From NCBI GenBank assembly GCA_963812015.1, contig CAWETI010000002.1, positions 320,001 through 384,000 of the forward strand: DNA of 64,000 nt, given 5' to 3'. The position numbers and the translations under genes were made by a program. A model generated the notes under the pieces. The model was not told where the DNA came from. It ran no database searches and saw nothing but the letters and a program-made list of their open reading frames with translations. Positions 39,081 to 50,608 of the stretch are shown here, piece after piece (within the stretch, counting starts at the first letter, position 1; each line of letters starts with the position of its first letter). The stretch is from an uncultured delta proteobacterium (GTDB taxonomy: Bacteria > Desulfobacterota > Desulfobaccia > Desulfobaccales > 0-14-0-80-60-11).

Positions 39081-41732
39081 TCAAGGGGCTCCGAAAGCGC
39101 GCCGGATAAAGTCCTTTTCCTCGCTCCGGCTCTTGACCTTCTCGTTGAGGCGGGCCTCCAACAGGCGGTCCAGCATCTCCTTGATGAGGGGCCCGGGTTT
39201 ATAGCCCAGGGCCACCAGATCCCGCCCCTTGAGTTCCGGTTTGAAATGTTTGAGATGGGTGAAATAGAGGGAGATCCCCTTCCGGGAGCTCTCATGGCGG
39301 GATTTGGCCATCATAAAGAGGATGAATTCCGTGCCCAGGGGGGCCAGGAGATGGTAGATCTGGGTCCGGCTCGGTTCCCCATACCGGAAAAGCCTGACCA
39401 GGGCCGCATCGCTGGCCTCCTTGCCTTTGGCAATGGCTATGGCCTGCTTGGGAGACAGATTGACCCGGCCCAGCATCTCCTCCAGTTCCGACAGGGTCAG
39501 GTGGTCCACCAAGCCCAGGAAATAGACCAGCCAGCCGCGATACTTTTCTCCCAGGTAGAGCAGGTCGAACCACGACAGGACCGCCTGGACCTGCCCCAGC
39601 ATGAGGCGGGGGCCCTCATCCCAGTTCAACCGGGGATGGACCGCGGTGAGCAGGTTGAATTCCGCCAGGCGGGCGATGGCGGGAATGGGGTTGTCCTCCT
39701 GGAGGATGAGGCGCAGTTCCCCGAACAAGCGGGCGCTGGAGAGGCGGTCGAAAAAGTTGTTCCGCACCGCATTGTTGATGAGATTGGCAGCCAACTTGGT
39801 GATGCGGAACTTGAAGCGCTGCTCGAAGCGGATGGCCCGGAAGACCCGGGTGGGATCCTCCACGAAACTGAGGTTATGGAGGAGGCTGATGCGGCCTTCC
39901 TTCAAATCCCGCTGGGCCCCGAAGAAATCCAGCAGGGTGCCGAACTCCCCGGGATTGAGTTTCAGCGCCAGGGTGTTGATGGTAAAGTCCCGGCGGTAGA
40001 GGTCCATCTTGATGGAGCTGTACTCCACGATGGGCAGCGCCCCCGGGGCCTCGTAGTATTCGGTGCGGGCGGTGGCCACGTCGATCTTGAAGCCGTCGGG
40101 GAAAATGATCACCGCGGTTTTGAATTTTTGGAACTCCCGGGACCGGGCGCCGAATCGCGCCGCGAAGCTCCGGGCAAATTCGATGGCGTCCCCTTCAATG
40201 ACGATGTCGATATCCAGGTTCTCGTGTTTGAGCAGCAGGTCCCGGACAAACCCGCCCACCACATAGGCGCTGAATTTTAATTCCGCCGCCACCAAACCCA
40301 CCTGCTTCAAGATTTCCAGGATATCCTTGGACAGGCGCTCCCGCATCAGGGACAGGATGTTCTTGGTACGGATCGGCTGAGACCACTGGGCCTCGTCATT
40401 CTCAGAGATGAGCAGGTGGAGGAGGTCGGTGCGGCTGACCAGGCCGATGACCTTGCCGTCCTCCACCACCGGCAGGATGCGCTGCTTGTTGATGACCAGG
40501 CGGTCCCGGATCTCCGCAATGGCGGCGTCCGGGTCCACCGTGGTCACTTCGGTGCTCATGTAGTCCTTCACCGGATGGCCCTTCAACCCGTGAAAAATCC
40601 CCTTTTCCACGGTCTGCCGGTTAATCAGGCCCAGGAGCTTGGCGTCGGCCAGGACCGGCAGGGCATTGATATTGTAGCGGTTGAGGATGACTTCCGCCTC
40701 CGCCAGGGTCACCTCCGGGCTGACGGATTTGACCGGGAAGGACATGATCTCCCGGGCCAGGCGCCGGGGGTGAATCCGGGCCTGAAGGACCTGGCGCAAT
40801 TTTTCCTCCACCTGGGCCAGGGGCTGGTCCTTGATGGCGGCGGAGGCGGCATAACTGTGCCCCCCGCCCCCCAACTCCGACAGGATCTCGGACACATCCA
40901 CTTCGGGCAAGCGGCTGCGGCCCACGACGAAGACCCGGTCCTCCATCTGGGCCAGGGCAAAGAGGACCTGGATATTCTCCACATCCATCAGGCGGTGGGC
41001 CACCACCGCAAAATCCGGCACGTATTCCGGCGCGGTGGTGCGGGCCAGGACCACCTCGATGCCCCCCACGTGGAAGCTGGTGGCGTGTTCCAGGAGGTCG
41101 TTGAGGAGAGCCACCTGCTCGGCGTTCAGCTCCCGGGTGACGATCTCCGAGACCACGTTGAGATCGGCGCCCTGGCGGAGGAGAAAGGCCCCGGCTTCAA
41201 AATCCGCCGGGGTGGTGGAGGCAAAAGTGAAGGACCCCGTATCCTCAAAAATCCCCAAGGCCATGACCGTGGCCTCCGGCGGGGACAGCGTCAGCCCCCG
41301 CTCCCGGATAATCCGGGTGAGGATAGCGGTGGTGGACCCCGCCTCTTCCACGATCTCCAGACTGCCGTGCACATCTTCGTCGGTATCCGGATGGTGATCG
41401 TAAATGTGGATATCCACCTCGCCGCTGGCGGCCACTTCGGCAAATTTGCCGATCCGGGACGACTGGCGGGTATCCACCAGGATGAGGCGTTTGATTTCCT
41501 CCAGGGGCACCTGCTTCATCCGGGTAAAATCCATGAAATAAAAGCTCGAGCGGATGAAGAAGTCCCGCAGGTTGCGCTCCTGGGAGCCCGGAAAGACCAG
41601 CAAGGCCTCGGGATAGAGCTTTCTGGCCGCCACCATGGAGGCCATGGCGTCGAAGTCGGCGTTGAGATGTGTGGTGATCACCTCCAGGGTGCGGGGCGGC
41701 GCCGTCTGGTTGCCGTGGTTGCGATTGTTCAT
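39081..41732 (-). CDS. DHH-CBS-CBS-nucleotidyltransferase (probable A-adding tRNA nucleotidyltransferase)
   Basis: THLNADFD, YDHH, GGGH, CBS pair, VGGFVRD..DIDIV, ARTEYY, DLYRRDFTIN, EDPTR; ATG 41732 overlaps the xerD stop. Confidence 0.88.
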   Translation of the reverse strand: MNNRNHGNQTAPPRTLEVITTHLNADFDAMASMVAARKLYPEALLVFPGSQERNLRDFFIRSSFYFMDFTRMKQVPLEEIKRLILVDTRQSSRIGKFAEVAASGEVDIHIYDHHPDTDEDVHGSLEIVEEAGSTTAILTRIIRERGLTLSPPEATVMALGIFEDTGSFTFASTTPADFEAGAFLLRQGADLNVVSEIVTRELNAEQVALLNDLLEHATSFHVGGIEVVLARTTAPEYVPDFAVVAHRLMDVENIQVLFALAQMEDRVFVVGRSRLPEVDVSEILSELGGGGHSYAASAAIKDQPLAQVEEKLRQVLQARIHPRRLAREIMSFPVKSVSPEVTLAEAEVILNRYNINALPVLADAKLLGLINRQTVEKGIFHGLKGHPVKDYMSTEVTTVDPDAAIAEIRDRLVINKQRILPVVEDGKVIGLVSRTDLLHLLISENDEAQWSQPIRTKNILSLMRERLSKDILEILKQVGLVAAELKFSAYVVGGFVRDLLLKHENLDIDIVIEGDAIEFARSFAARFGARSREFQKFKTAVIIFPDGFKIDVATARTEYYEAPGALPIVEYSSIKMDLYRRDFTINTLALKLNPGEFGTLLDFFGAQRDLKEGRISLLHNLSFVEDPTRVFRAIRFEQRFKFRITKLAANLINNAVRNNFFDRLSSARLFGELRLILQEDNPIPAIARLAEFNLLTAVHPRLNWDEGPRLMLGQVQAVLSWFDLLYLGEKYRGWLVYFLGLVDHLTLSELEEMLGRVNLSPKQAIAIAKGKEASDAALVRLFRYGEPSRTQIYHLLAPLGTEFILFMMAKSRHESSRKGISLYFTHLKHFKPELKGRDLVALGYKPGPLIKEMLDRLLEARLNEKVKSRSEEKDFIRRAFGAP

Positions 41733-42613
41733 GGCCGGGGGTGGGCTTTCTGGTGCACCAGCCTGAGGCGGGCGGCGTCCAGGTGGGTGTATATCTGGGT
41801 GGTGGCCAGGTCGGCATGGCCCAGCAGCATTTGCAGGACCCTCAGGTTGGCCCCCCGGGATAACAGATGGGTGGCGAAGGAATGCCTGAGGGTGTGGGGG
41901 CTCAGGGTCGGCACGCCGGCCTTGAGGGCGTACTGTTTCAAAAGCTTCCAAAAACCCTGGCGGGAGAGTCTGCCGCCCCGCCGGTTGATGAACACGTAGG
42001 GGCTCTCCCGGCCCTGGAGCAGACGGGGCCGGGCCTGTTCCAGATAAATCTGCAACTTCTCCACCGCCCCGGGAACCATGGGCACCACCCGCTCTTTGGA
42101 GCCTTTGCCCAGGGGGCGCACCACCCCCCGGCGCAGGTCCAGTTGCTTGAAGGTCAGGCCCACCAGCTCCGAAACCCTGAGACCCGTGGCATAGAGCACC
42201 TCCAGGAGCGCCAGGTCCCGCAGCCCCCCGGGGGTGCCGGGGTCAGGGGCGGCCAGCAGCGCCGCCACATCCTGCTCCCCCAGCACCCGGGGCAGCCGTT
42301 GGGGCAGGCGGGGCGAATCCAGCAGCTCCACGGGGTTGGTTTCCACCTCTCCTTCCCGCTGCAGGAAGCGGAAAAATTGCCGCAAGGCCGACAGCCCCCG
42401 GGCCCGGCTCCGGGCCGACAACCCTCGGGCTTCCTGGGCGGCGAAATAGGCTTGCAGGTCGGCGAGGTCCACCGCAACCCAGTCCGTCCGTCCCCGCTCT
42501 TCGAGAAAAACCCAAAAATCCCGGAGGTCCCGGGCATAGGCGGTCACGGTCAAGGGGGCCAGGCCCCGCTCCACCTCCAGATGCTGATAAAATCGGTTGA
42601 GCGCCGCGTCCAT
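41729..42613 (-). CDS. xerD: Tyrosine recombinase XerD
   Basis: LYATGLRVSEL, GKGSKER, LSRQGFW, HTLRHSFATHLL, LLGH, TQIYTH, HPR. Confidence 0.92.
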   Translation of the reverse strand: MDAALNRFYQHLEVERGLAPLTVTAYARDLRDFWVFLEERGRTDWVAVDLADLQAYFAAQEARGLSARSRARGLSALRQFFRFLQREGEVETNPVELLDSPRLPQRLPRVLGEQDVAALLAAPDPGTPGGLRDLALLEVLYATGLRVSELVGLTFKQLDLRRGVVRPLGKGSKERVVPMVPGAVEKLQIYLEQARPRLLQGRESPYVFINRRGGRLSRQGFWKLLKQYALKAGVPTLSPHTLRHSFATHLLSRGANLRVLQMLLGHADLATTQIYTHLDAARLRLVHQKAHPRP

Positions 42614-42764
42614 GGGATCAAATTAAAGGGAATGGATTTTTGAGAAAAGGACCGGGGGAGTTTTTTATAATTTTTGTAAGAGACTCTCCCGTCCTCCCCT
42701 CAAACTCCCATCCCGGCCTCCTGTAGGGGCGGACCGACGTGTCCGCCCTAGCCGGGCGCACATA

Positions 42765-42958
42765 TAGTGGTGTGTTTCATAAAGGTGACACGGGGAAACC
42801 AGGTTTTTTACCCCCCCTTTACTAAAGGGAGGCAGGGGGGATTTTAATAAGAGCTTGAAATCCCCCTAAATCCCCCTTTTTCAAAGGGGGACTTAACCTG
42901 CCAAGTCCGGTGCTCCCAGCCTGCATTTATGTCCAGCTAATTATGAAACGTTCCACTA
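42765..42958. mobile_element. MITE-like element inserted at TA within a GTAG-type REP pair
   Basis: TIRs TAGTGGTGTGTTTCATAA / TTATGAAACGTTCCACTA; flanks rejoin as GGGCGCACATA-TA-GGCGCTCCCCTA; partner REP GTAGGGGCGGACCGACGTGTCCGCCC at 42723. Confidence 0.7.
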
Positions 42959-43142
42959 GGCGCTCCCCTATAAGAAAACGGGATTTATTTGCTATAATTC
43001 GCTTAAGATTATACCCTGAGTTTCATAAAAGTATAGCTGAAGGGGACAGAAAGAATGGGGCGCGGTGCGCACCCTCCATGCGGCCTGCCTCAGCCGGTCC
43101 TTTGTCTTGGCTGATGGTTGACTGCTGGCTGCTGATAGCTCT

Positions 43143-43904
43143 ATGACCCAGATCATCTACGGACGCCACCCGGTCCTAGCCGCTCTTCGCCAGCCCGACA
43201 CCCCCCTGGAGGAGATCATCGTGGCCGAAGGGGCCGGGGGCAAATGGCTGCACGAAGTGCGCCGGGATGCCCGGGCCGCGGGGGTGCGTCTGAGGCTGGC
43301 CGAGCGGGCCGTCCTGGATCGTCTCTGCGGCACCCCGAACCATCAGGGGATCCTGGCCCGCCGGGGCAGTTATGCCTACCGGAGCGAGGCCGAGCTTCTG
43401 GACGATTTGGCCGCCCGGCATGAGCCGGCCTTGCTGGTGGCCGCGGACAGCCTCACCGATCCCATGAATTTAGGAAACCTCTGCCGCAGCGCCCTGGCCG
43501 CGGGGGCCCAGGGCCTCGTCATCCCCAAGGACCGGGCCGCGGGGGTGAGCCCCACCGTGGCCAAGGCCGCGGCCGGCGCCCTGGAATACCTCACGGTCTA
43601 CCGGGTGACCAACCTGGCCGACTGCCTGGGCCGGCTCAAAGACGCCGGCCTCGCCATCATCGGCACCGCGGCCGATGCTCCCCAGAGTCTTTATGCCACC
43701 GACCTGACCCAGCCCCTGGTCCTGGTCATCGGCAGCGAAGACAAGGGGATGCGCCCCCGGGTGGCAAAACAGTGCGACCTGGTGGTGTCCATTCCCATGG
43801 CCGCCCCGGAGATCGGCTCGCTGAACGCCGCCGCCTCCGGCGCCGTGGCCCTCTTCGAGGCGCGGCGCCAGCGATTGCGCAAGGAGGGTGGGGGAGGGGG
43901 CTAA
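43143..43904 (+). CDS. rlmB: 23S rRNA (Gm2251) 2'-O-methyltransferase
   Basis: IYGRHPV, NHQG, TDPMNLG, GSEDKG, SLNAA. Confidence 0.92.
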   Translation: MTQIIYGRHPVLAALRQPDTPLEEIIVAEGAGGKWLHEVRRDARAAGVRLRLAERAVLDRLCGTPNHQGILARRGSYAYRSEAELLDDLAARHEPALLVAADSLTDPMNLGNLCRSALAAGAQGLVIPKDRAAGVSPTVAKAAAGALEYLTVYRVTNLADCLGRLKDAGLAIIGTAADAPQSLYATDLTQPLVLVIGSEDKGMRPRVAKQCDLVVSIPMAAPEIGSLNAAASGAVALFEARRQRLRKEGGGGG

Positions 43905-44153
43905 GGGCAAAAGCCCTTACGCTTACAAAAATTACCAAAAAACTCTCCCGCGCCCCCTCCCCCAATCCCGTCAATAGGTTGAGATAGGGTTTGAGATGCC
44001 CCCCATTTCCGTCTCCATTCCGGATAAACTTCTCTCCGTTCACCTGAGGGCTCACCCAAATCAATGATCCACATCGCCCGTTGCAGCCGGGAAATTGCCA
44101 AACTGCGCCAAACTGAGACTCAAGCCTTGCCAGACGCACAGACTGGGGGTATC

Positions 44154-44828
44154 ATGCGGCCTATGGGGCGCATCTGGACATGGCGGGAAGAGGCCGCCGG
44201 GCAGTTCTGGGAAGAGGCCCGGGCGGTCCTGGCCGGCAACGGCATCGTCGCGGTGCCCACGGAAACTTTTTTCGGGCTGGCCGTCAACCCTTTTCAGGAG
44301 GAGGCTTTAGACCGGCTCTTTGCCCTCAAGGCGCGGTCCCCGGAAAAACCGGTGCTGGTCCTGGTGGCCGGACCAGAGATGCTGACCCGGGTGGTCCGGG
44401 AGGTGCCTGAGGCCGCCATCCGGCTCATGGCCCGGTTCTGGCCCGGCCCTCTGACCATTATCTTCCCCTGCCAGCCCCATCTCCCCCGGCTGCTCACCGG
44501 GGGCACCGGGACCGTGGGCGTGCGTCACCCCCGCCAGCCCCTCACCTGCCGCCTGGTCACCGCGTTGGGGCACCCCGTTACCGGCACCAGCGCCAATCGC
44601 GCCGGGGCCCCGCCTCTCACCCGGGCCGCGGAAGTCGCCCAGGAGTTCGGCGCCGGCGTGGACCTGATCCTGGACGCGGGCCCCTGTCCCGGGGGATTGC
44701 CGTCCACCATCGTGGATGTGACGAGTTCCCTACCCCGCCTGGTGCGAGCCGGGGTGATTTCCCCGGCGGAACTGGTTAAAATTATGCCTGAGATGGAAGG
44801 AAATTTTGCCTTGGAGGGCTCACAGTGA
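44154..44828 (+). CDS. tsaC: L-threonylcarbamoyladenylate synthase (Sua5/TsaC)
   Basis: PTETFFGL, K.R...KP, WPGPLT, TSAN, STIVD. Confidence 0.92.
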   Translation: MRPMGRIWTWREEAAGQFWEEARAVLAGNGIVAVPTETFFGLAVNPFQEEALDRLFALKARSPEKPVLVLVAGPEMLTRVVREVPEAAIRLMARFWPGPLTIIFPCQPHLPRLLTGGTGTVGVRHPRQPLTCRLVTALGHPVTGTSANRAGAPPLTRAAEVAQEFGAGVDLILDAGPCPGGLPSTIVDVTSSLPRLVRAGVISPAELVKIMPEMEGNFALEGSQ

Positions 44829-45799
44829 AAGACCCGGCGGTGGCGGCCCTTGACCTGGGGGGGGCCAATGTCCGACTGGCCCTGGTGAACCCCCAGGGCC
44901 GGATCCTCTCCCGGTGGGAGCGGGCCACGGCCTCTATGCCCGATCAGGAAACTTTGGTGTCCACCCTGGCGGCTGACCTCAACCGTGCCGGCGAAGCCGC
45001 CCGGGACCGGGGTTGGGAGATCAAAGGGGTGGGCCTCGGGGTGCCGGGGCGGATTCTGCCCCGGGAAGGCCGGGTGGTCTTTTCCCCCAACGTGCCGGCT
45101 TTGAATGAGTGCCCCCTCATTGACCGGCTTGCCCCCCTGGTCGGCTTGCCCCTGTTCCTGGAGAACGATGCCAACCTCTTCGCCCTGGGGGAGCACTGGC
45201 TGGGGGCCGGAGTGGGCCATGAGCATATGCTGGGGATTACCCTGGGAACCGGGGTGGGAGGCGGGCTGATCCTCAACGGCCGGCTGTGGGCCGGCACTGA
45301 GGGCACGGCCGGGGAAATCGGCCATTTGACCGTGGACCCGGAGGGCCGCAAATGCCACTGCGGCAACCGGGGCTGTCTGGAAACCATGGCCTCGGCCTTC
45401 TGGACGGTGGTTTGGGTCAAGGAACAACTGGCCCAGGGGGCTGTTTCCTGGCTGCGGGAACTCTATGACGCCGACCCCGACGCCATCCAGGGTGAGACCC
45501 TGGTGGTGGCGGCTTTGCAGCGTGACCCCTTGGCCCAACGGGCCTTTGACCGGGTAGGGCGCAGTCTGGGACAGGCCATTGCCGGGGTGGTGCACCTCCT
45601 GGGAATTTCCCGGGTGGTCATCGGCGGCCGGTTTGCCCGAGCCTGGGCAGTGTTCCAGTCCCCCTTGGAGGAGGAACTGCACCATCGCCTCACCCTGTTT
45701 CCCCCGGAAGCGGTGAGCGTCTGCCCGGCTCAACTGGAAGACGACGCCGGCTTGGTGGGGGCCGCCCGCCTGGCCTGGCAGGCTTTAGAAGAACCGTAA
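44825..45799 (+). CDS. ROK family sugar kinase (glucokinase-like)
   Basis: DLGG, ENDAN, TLGTGVGGG, GEIGH, CHCGNRGCLE. Confidence 0.9.
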   Translation: MKDPAVAALDLGGANVRLALVNPQGRILSRWERATASMPDQETLVSTLAADLNRAGEAARDRGWEIKGVGLGVPGRILPREGRVVFSPNVPALNECPLIDRLAPLVGLPLFLENDANLFALGEHWLGAGVGHEHMLGITLGTGVGGGLILNGRLWAGTEGTAGEIGHLTVDPEGRKCHCGNRGCLETMASAFWTVVWVKEQLAQGAVSWLRELYDADPDAIQGETLVVAALQRDPLAQRAFDRVGRSLGQAIAGVVHLLGISRVVIGGRFARAWAVFQSPLEEELHHRLTLFPPEAVSVCPAQLEDDAGLVGAARLAWQALEEP

Positions 45800-46495
45800 G
45801 TTACGGGGCGGGCCGGGGGAATTTTTGGCAATCGCGTCCTCGGGCTCTCCTTGATCAGAATTTCCCCGAGGCCCTGCAGCCGCAAGCTGAGCCTGCGGCC
45901 CCCAATCAGCGCATCTGGATCGCAACCCAGTAACACATTGCCCTAAAGGGCGCGGTGGCGGGTGGCGGACCAGGGTCCCGGGGTTTCCCGGGGGCTGCCG
46001 GCTCCGAGCAGACGCCAACCAGGACCGCCGTTTTTCCCGTTCTCCAGCCTGCCGCCCGGGCCCGGCAAGTCTAGTAAAACCCCCTCCCCACCTCGAGTAG
46101 CGCCGCCCAGCACCCTGCCCTGAGGCTGCGGCTTCAGCCTTGGCCGCCGATGAGTTAACCTTCCCTTTAGGCGGCGGCTCGTGGACTCTGGCCCCTTCCC
46201 CCATAACGCATCCTGAGGAAAAACGCACGCCACCGCCACCGGGGGCGCCGATCACCGGGTGCGGCTCGAGGGCGTTAACTGGGCCCTGAGAGGGGGACAT
46301 GGTGTTCTCCAGCGTCCTTGGTTAACAATATTGGGAACAAGTTAATAAACATAATTGTTACTAACTGAAAAGAATCTTGCCAATTCACCAGAAATTGTTT
46401 TCAATATTGTGCTTATAAATCAGCCATTAATACAAAGATGTATATAAATCTCAGCCATCTATTGTGTAACTAATTGAATTTGATGGAAAAATAAA

Positions 46496-46511
46496 TGGCA
46501 CAGGATTTGCT
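46496..46511 (+). promoter_or_regulatory. sigma54 -24/-12 promoter
   Basis: TGGCACAGGATTTGCT (GG-N10-GC) upstream of the first amtB. Confidence 0.85.
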
Positions 46512-46553
46512 TGGGATATTAACAAAAATTCATCTTCGAGGAGAAAGGGTATT

Positions 46554-47777
46554 ATGAATTCCGGAGATACTGCCTTTATGTTAGTCTCCGCGGCTCTGGT
46601 CATGCTTATGACCCCGGGGCTGGCTTTGTTTTATGGGGGTATGGTGCGGTCCAAAAACGTCCTGGCGACAATCATGGAGAACTTTATCCTCCTGGGGGTC
46701 ATCAGCGTGCTCTGGGCTATTTACGGCTACAGTCTGGCCTTCGGCCCGGACGTCCGGCATTTCATCGGCAATCTGGATTGGGTCGGTTTAGCCGGGGTGG
46801 GCTTCGAACCCTTTAAGGCCTATTCCGAAACCATTCCCCATCAGACCTTCATGATCTATCAGGCGATGTTCGCCATCATCACCCCGGCCCTGATCACCGG
46901 GGCCTTTGCCGAGCGCCTGAAATTCAGCACTTTTCTGGTATTCATGGTCCTCTGGTTCACCATCGTTTACTGCCCGGTGTGCCACTGGGTCTGGGGTGAC
47001 GGCGGCTGGTTGAAAAACCTGGGAGCCCTGGATTTTGCCGGGGGCACCGTCGTCCATATCAACGCCGGGATCGCCGCCCTGGCCGCCGCCCTGGTGGTGG
47101 GCAAGCGCCAGGGTTATGGCAACCATGCCACCTTCATTCCCCATAACCTGCCCATGACCATCCTGGGGGCCGGGCTTTTGTGGTTCGGCTGGTTCGGGTT
47201 CAATGCCGGCAGCGCCCTGGCCGCCGGGGCCTTGGCCAGCTCCGCCTTCACGGCCACGCACCTGGCCACCGCTAGCGCCACCCTGTCCTGGGTGGGAGTG
47301 GAATGGATCTTCCGGGGCAAACCCACCACCCTGGGCGCGGCTTCCGGAGCCGTGGCCGGACTGGTGGCCATCACTCCCGCGTCGGGTTATGTGGGTCCCA
47401 TGTCCGCCATCATCATCGGCCTGGCGGCTGGGGTTATTTGCTATGCGGCGGTGTTGGCCAAACCGAAACTGGGCTATGATGACTCCCTGGACGTAGTGGG
47501 GGTGCACTGTGTCGGTGGGATTGTCGGCGCCTTATGCACCGGGCTGTTTGCCTCCAAGTTGGTAAACCCGGCTGGGGGTGACGGTTTATTCTTTGGCAAT
47601 CCTGGTCAATTCGCCACTCAGTTACTTGCCGTGGGAGTGACCCTGGCCTATTCCTTTGTCATCAGCTACATCCTTTTTAAAATCCTTGACGCTACCATGG
47701 GCCTCAGGGTATCACCAGAAGACGAAATCGCCGGTTTGGATATCACGGAACACCAAGAAACCGGGTACAGTCTGTAA
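46554..47777 (+). CDS. amtB: Ammonium transporter
   Basis: LMTPGLALFYGG, DFAGGTVVH, WFGWFGFNAGS, DDSLDVVGVH. Confidence 0.96.
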   Translation: MNSGDTAFMLVSAALVMLMTPGLALFYGGMVRSKNVLATIMENFILLGVISVLWAIYGYSLAFGPDVRHFIGNLDWVGLAGVGFEPFKAYSETIPHQTFMIYQAMFAIITPALITGAFAERLKFSTFLVFMVLWFTIVYCPVCHWVWGDGGWLKNLGALDFAGGTVVHINAGIAALAAALVVGKRQGYGNHATFIPHNLPMTILGAGLLWFGWFGFNAGSALAAGALASSAFTATHLATASATLSWVGVEWIFRGKPTTLGAASGAVAGLVAITPASGYVGPMSAIIIGLAAGVICYAAVLAKPKLGYDDSLDVVGVHCVGGIVGALCTGLFASKLVNPAGGDGLFFGNPGQFATQLLAVGVTLAYSFVISYILFKILDATMGLRVSPEDEIAGLDITEHQETGYSL

Positions 47778-48131
<354 letters not shown>

Positions 48132-48407
48132 CCAGAATTAAGCAGGTCGAGGGGAGCCTCAAGCGCTCCCCTCGATTCCCCTCCCCCAGACGCTCACCTC
48201 CGCCTTTCTTGAAAGCTATTTTGTCAAAACCCTTGCGGCGTTTTGACAAATATTCGTTTTCTATCAATATGTTAATCATTAGATAGCAGTCTGCGACCCC
48301 ATTGATAATATTACAAAAATGAATAATAAAATGAGGGCAACAGACATTATCGTAATATTAATGGAAGGCCTTAAAAGGCAAGACATTGATATAATTACTA
48401 AAAAAAA

Positions 48408-48423
48408 TGGCATAACATTTGCT
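48408..48423 (+). promoter_or_regulatory. sigma54 -24/-12 promoter
   Basis: TGGCATAACATTTGCT upstream of the second Amt gene. Confidence 0.8.
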
Positions 48424-48476
48424 TAACATTCACCATGAGCGCTCTCACAAAAAAAAATTAAGAGGGGAATATCACG

Positions 48477-50090
48477 GTGAATCATAAACGAGCAATGATC
48501 TTTATGGTGGTATGTTTGGTTGTTATGCTGGTAGTGCCGCCGTTGCTGGTATGGGCGGCGGATGAGGTGGCTCCGGCGGCGCCCGCGGCGGCTGCCGCAC
48601 CCGCCGTTACCGACGCCCCCGACCCCGGCGGCACGGTCGCCGGCAATGTTAAGGACGTGACCGCCAAAGAGGCGGGCAAGCCCACCCTGGTGGAACTTAT
48701 GGACGCGGTGGGCCATAACAAAATCTCCATCAATATTACCTGGACCTTGATCACCGGCTACCTGGTCATGTTCATGCAGCTCGGTTTTGCCCTGGTGGAG
48801 ACCGGCTTTACCCGGGCCAAGAACGCGGTGCATACCATGGGCATGAACATCATGATTTACGGTATCGGCATGCTGGGCTTCTGGCTCTGCGGTTTTGCCT
48901 TCATGTTCGGCGGGGTGGGCCAGGTGGCTTCCCTGGGCATGGGCGCCAATTTAGGCAATGAAGTGACTTTTAATTTGTTCGGCAAAGCCTTCGGCATCCT
49001 GGGCTACAAGGGTTTCTTCCTTTCCGGGAGTGCCTATGATGTCTCGGTGATGACCCTGTTCCTCTTCCAGATGGTCTTCATGGACACTGCGGCCACCATC
49101 CCCACCGGCGCCATGGCCGAGCGCTGGAAATTCCTATCCTTCGCGGTTTACGGCTTATTTATCTCCATGATTATCTATCCCGTTTATGGCAACTGGGTCT
49201 GGGGCGGCGGCTGGATCTCCCAGTTGGGCACCAACTTCGGCCTGGGCCATGGCGGCGTAGACTTTGCCGGCTCCGGGGTGGTCCACATGGTGGGCGGCGT
49301 GTGCTCCGTAGCCGGGGTCATGGTCTTGGGGCCCAGGCTCGGTAAGTATAAAAAGGACGGCACTTCCCGGGCCATCCCGGGCCATCATATCCCCATGGGG
49401 GTGGCGGGCGCCCTGATCCTGGCCTTCGGTTGGTTCGGGTTTAACCCCGGCTCCACCCTGGCGGGCACCGACCTCAGGATCGGGGTCATCGCCGCCAACA
49501 CTATGCTAGCCTCCGCGTCCGGGGCAGTGGTAGCCATGACCGTCATGTGGCTGAAGTTCGGGAAGCCCGACCTCACCATGTCCGCTAACGGCCTGCTGGC
49601 TGGCTTGGTGGCCATCACCGCGCCCTGCGCCTTTGTGCATCCCGTGGCTGCGGTTGCCATCGGCGCCATTGCCGGTGTCTTGGTGGTTTACAGTGTCTTA
49701 ACGGTGGACCAGGTCTTTAAGCTGGATGACCCGGTGGGCGCCATCTCGGTGCACGGCGTCTGCGGCGCCTGGGGGGTCCTCGCTTTGGGGCTGCTGGCCG
49801 ACGGCACTTACGGTGATAAATGGAACAGCGTCGAAGGCACGGTGAAGGGCCTCTTCTATGGTGATGGCGGGCAATTTGTGGCCCAGGTGATCAGTGTCTG
49901 CACCAACATCATCTGGGTCTTCTGCGCCTCCTGGGTGATATTCAAGCTGATCGATCTGGTCATCGGCATGCGCGTTTCTCCGGAGACGGAACTGGGCGGT
50001 CTGGATGTCCCCGAAATGGGTTCCCATGCTTACCCCGACTTTGCCATGGCTAAGACCGGCAGGACAGAAACGTCCAATGGCGAGATGTAA
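48477..50090 (+). CDS. amtB: Ammonium transporter (second, divergent, with signal peptide)
   Basis: FMQLGFALVETG, DFAGSGVVH, GWFGFNPGS, DDPVGAISVHG. Confidence 0.93.
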   Translation: MNHKRAMIFMVVCLVVMLVVPPLLVWAADEVAPAAPAAAAAPAVTDAPDPGGTVAGNVKDVTAKEAGKPTLVELMDAVGHNKISINITWTLITGYLVMFMQLGFALVETGFTRAKNAVHTMGMNIMIYGIGMLGFWLCGFAFMFGGVGQVASLGMGANLGNEVTFNLFGKAFGILGYKGFFLSGSAYDVSVMTLFLFQMVFMDTAATIPTGAMAERWKFLSFAVYGLFISMIIYPVYGNWVWGGGWISQLGTNFGLGHGGVDFAGSGVVHMVGGVCSVAGVMVLGPRLGKYKKDGTSRAIPGHHIPMGVAGALILAFGWFGFNPGSTLAGTDLRIGVIAANTMLASASGAVVAMTVMWLKFGKPDLTMSANGLLAGLVAITAPCAFVHPVAAVAIGAIAGVLVVYSVLTVDQVFKLDDPVGAISVHGVCGAWGVLALGLLADGTYGDKWNSVEGTVKGLFYGDGGQFVAQVISVCTNIIWVFCASWVIFKLIDLVIGMRVSPETELGGLDVPEMGSHAYPDFAMAKTGRTETSNGEM

Positions 50091-50507
<417 letters not shown>

Positions 50508-50608
50508 GAACGGCGGGGAGGGAGGGGGCGACCTCTCTCCCCGTCGCCACTGCGGATACGTTCGCGCCCCGCGAACACACTATAACCGAATAACCGAACA
50601 AAGGAGAA

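Noticed and set aside
41733..41951. N-terminal extension of the 956-aa ORF, and similar upstream extensions of mce, dxr, M20, livF and hcp
   Set aside because: They overlap neighbouring genes or lack an RBS; downstream starts match the family N-termini.
41729..42613. xerD as a second mobile-element integrase
   Set aside because: Canonical XerD motifs in a housekeeping context at core GC content.
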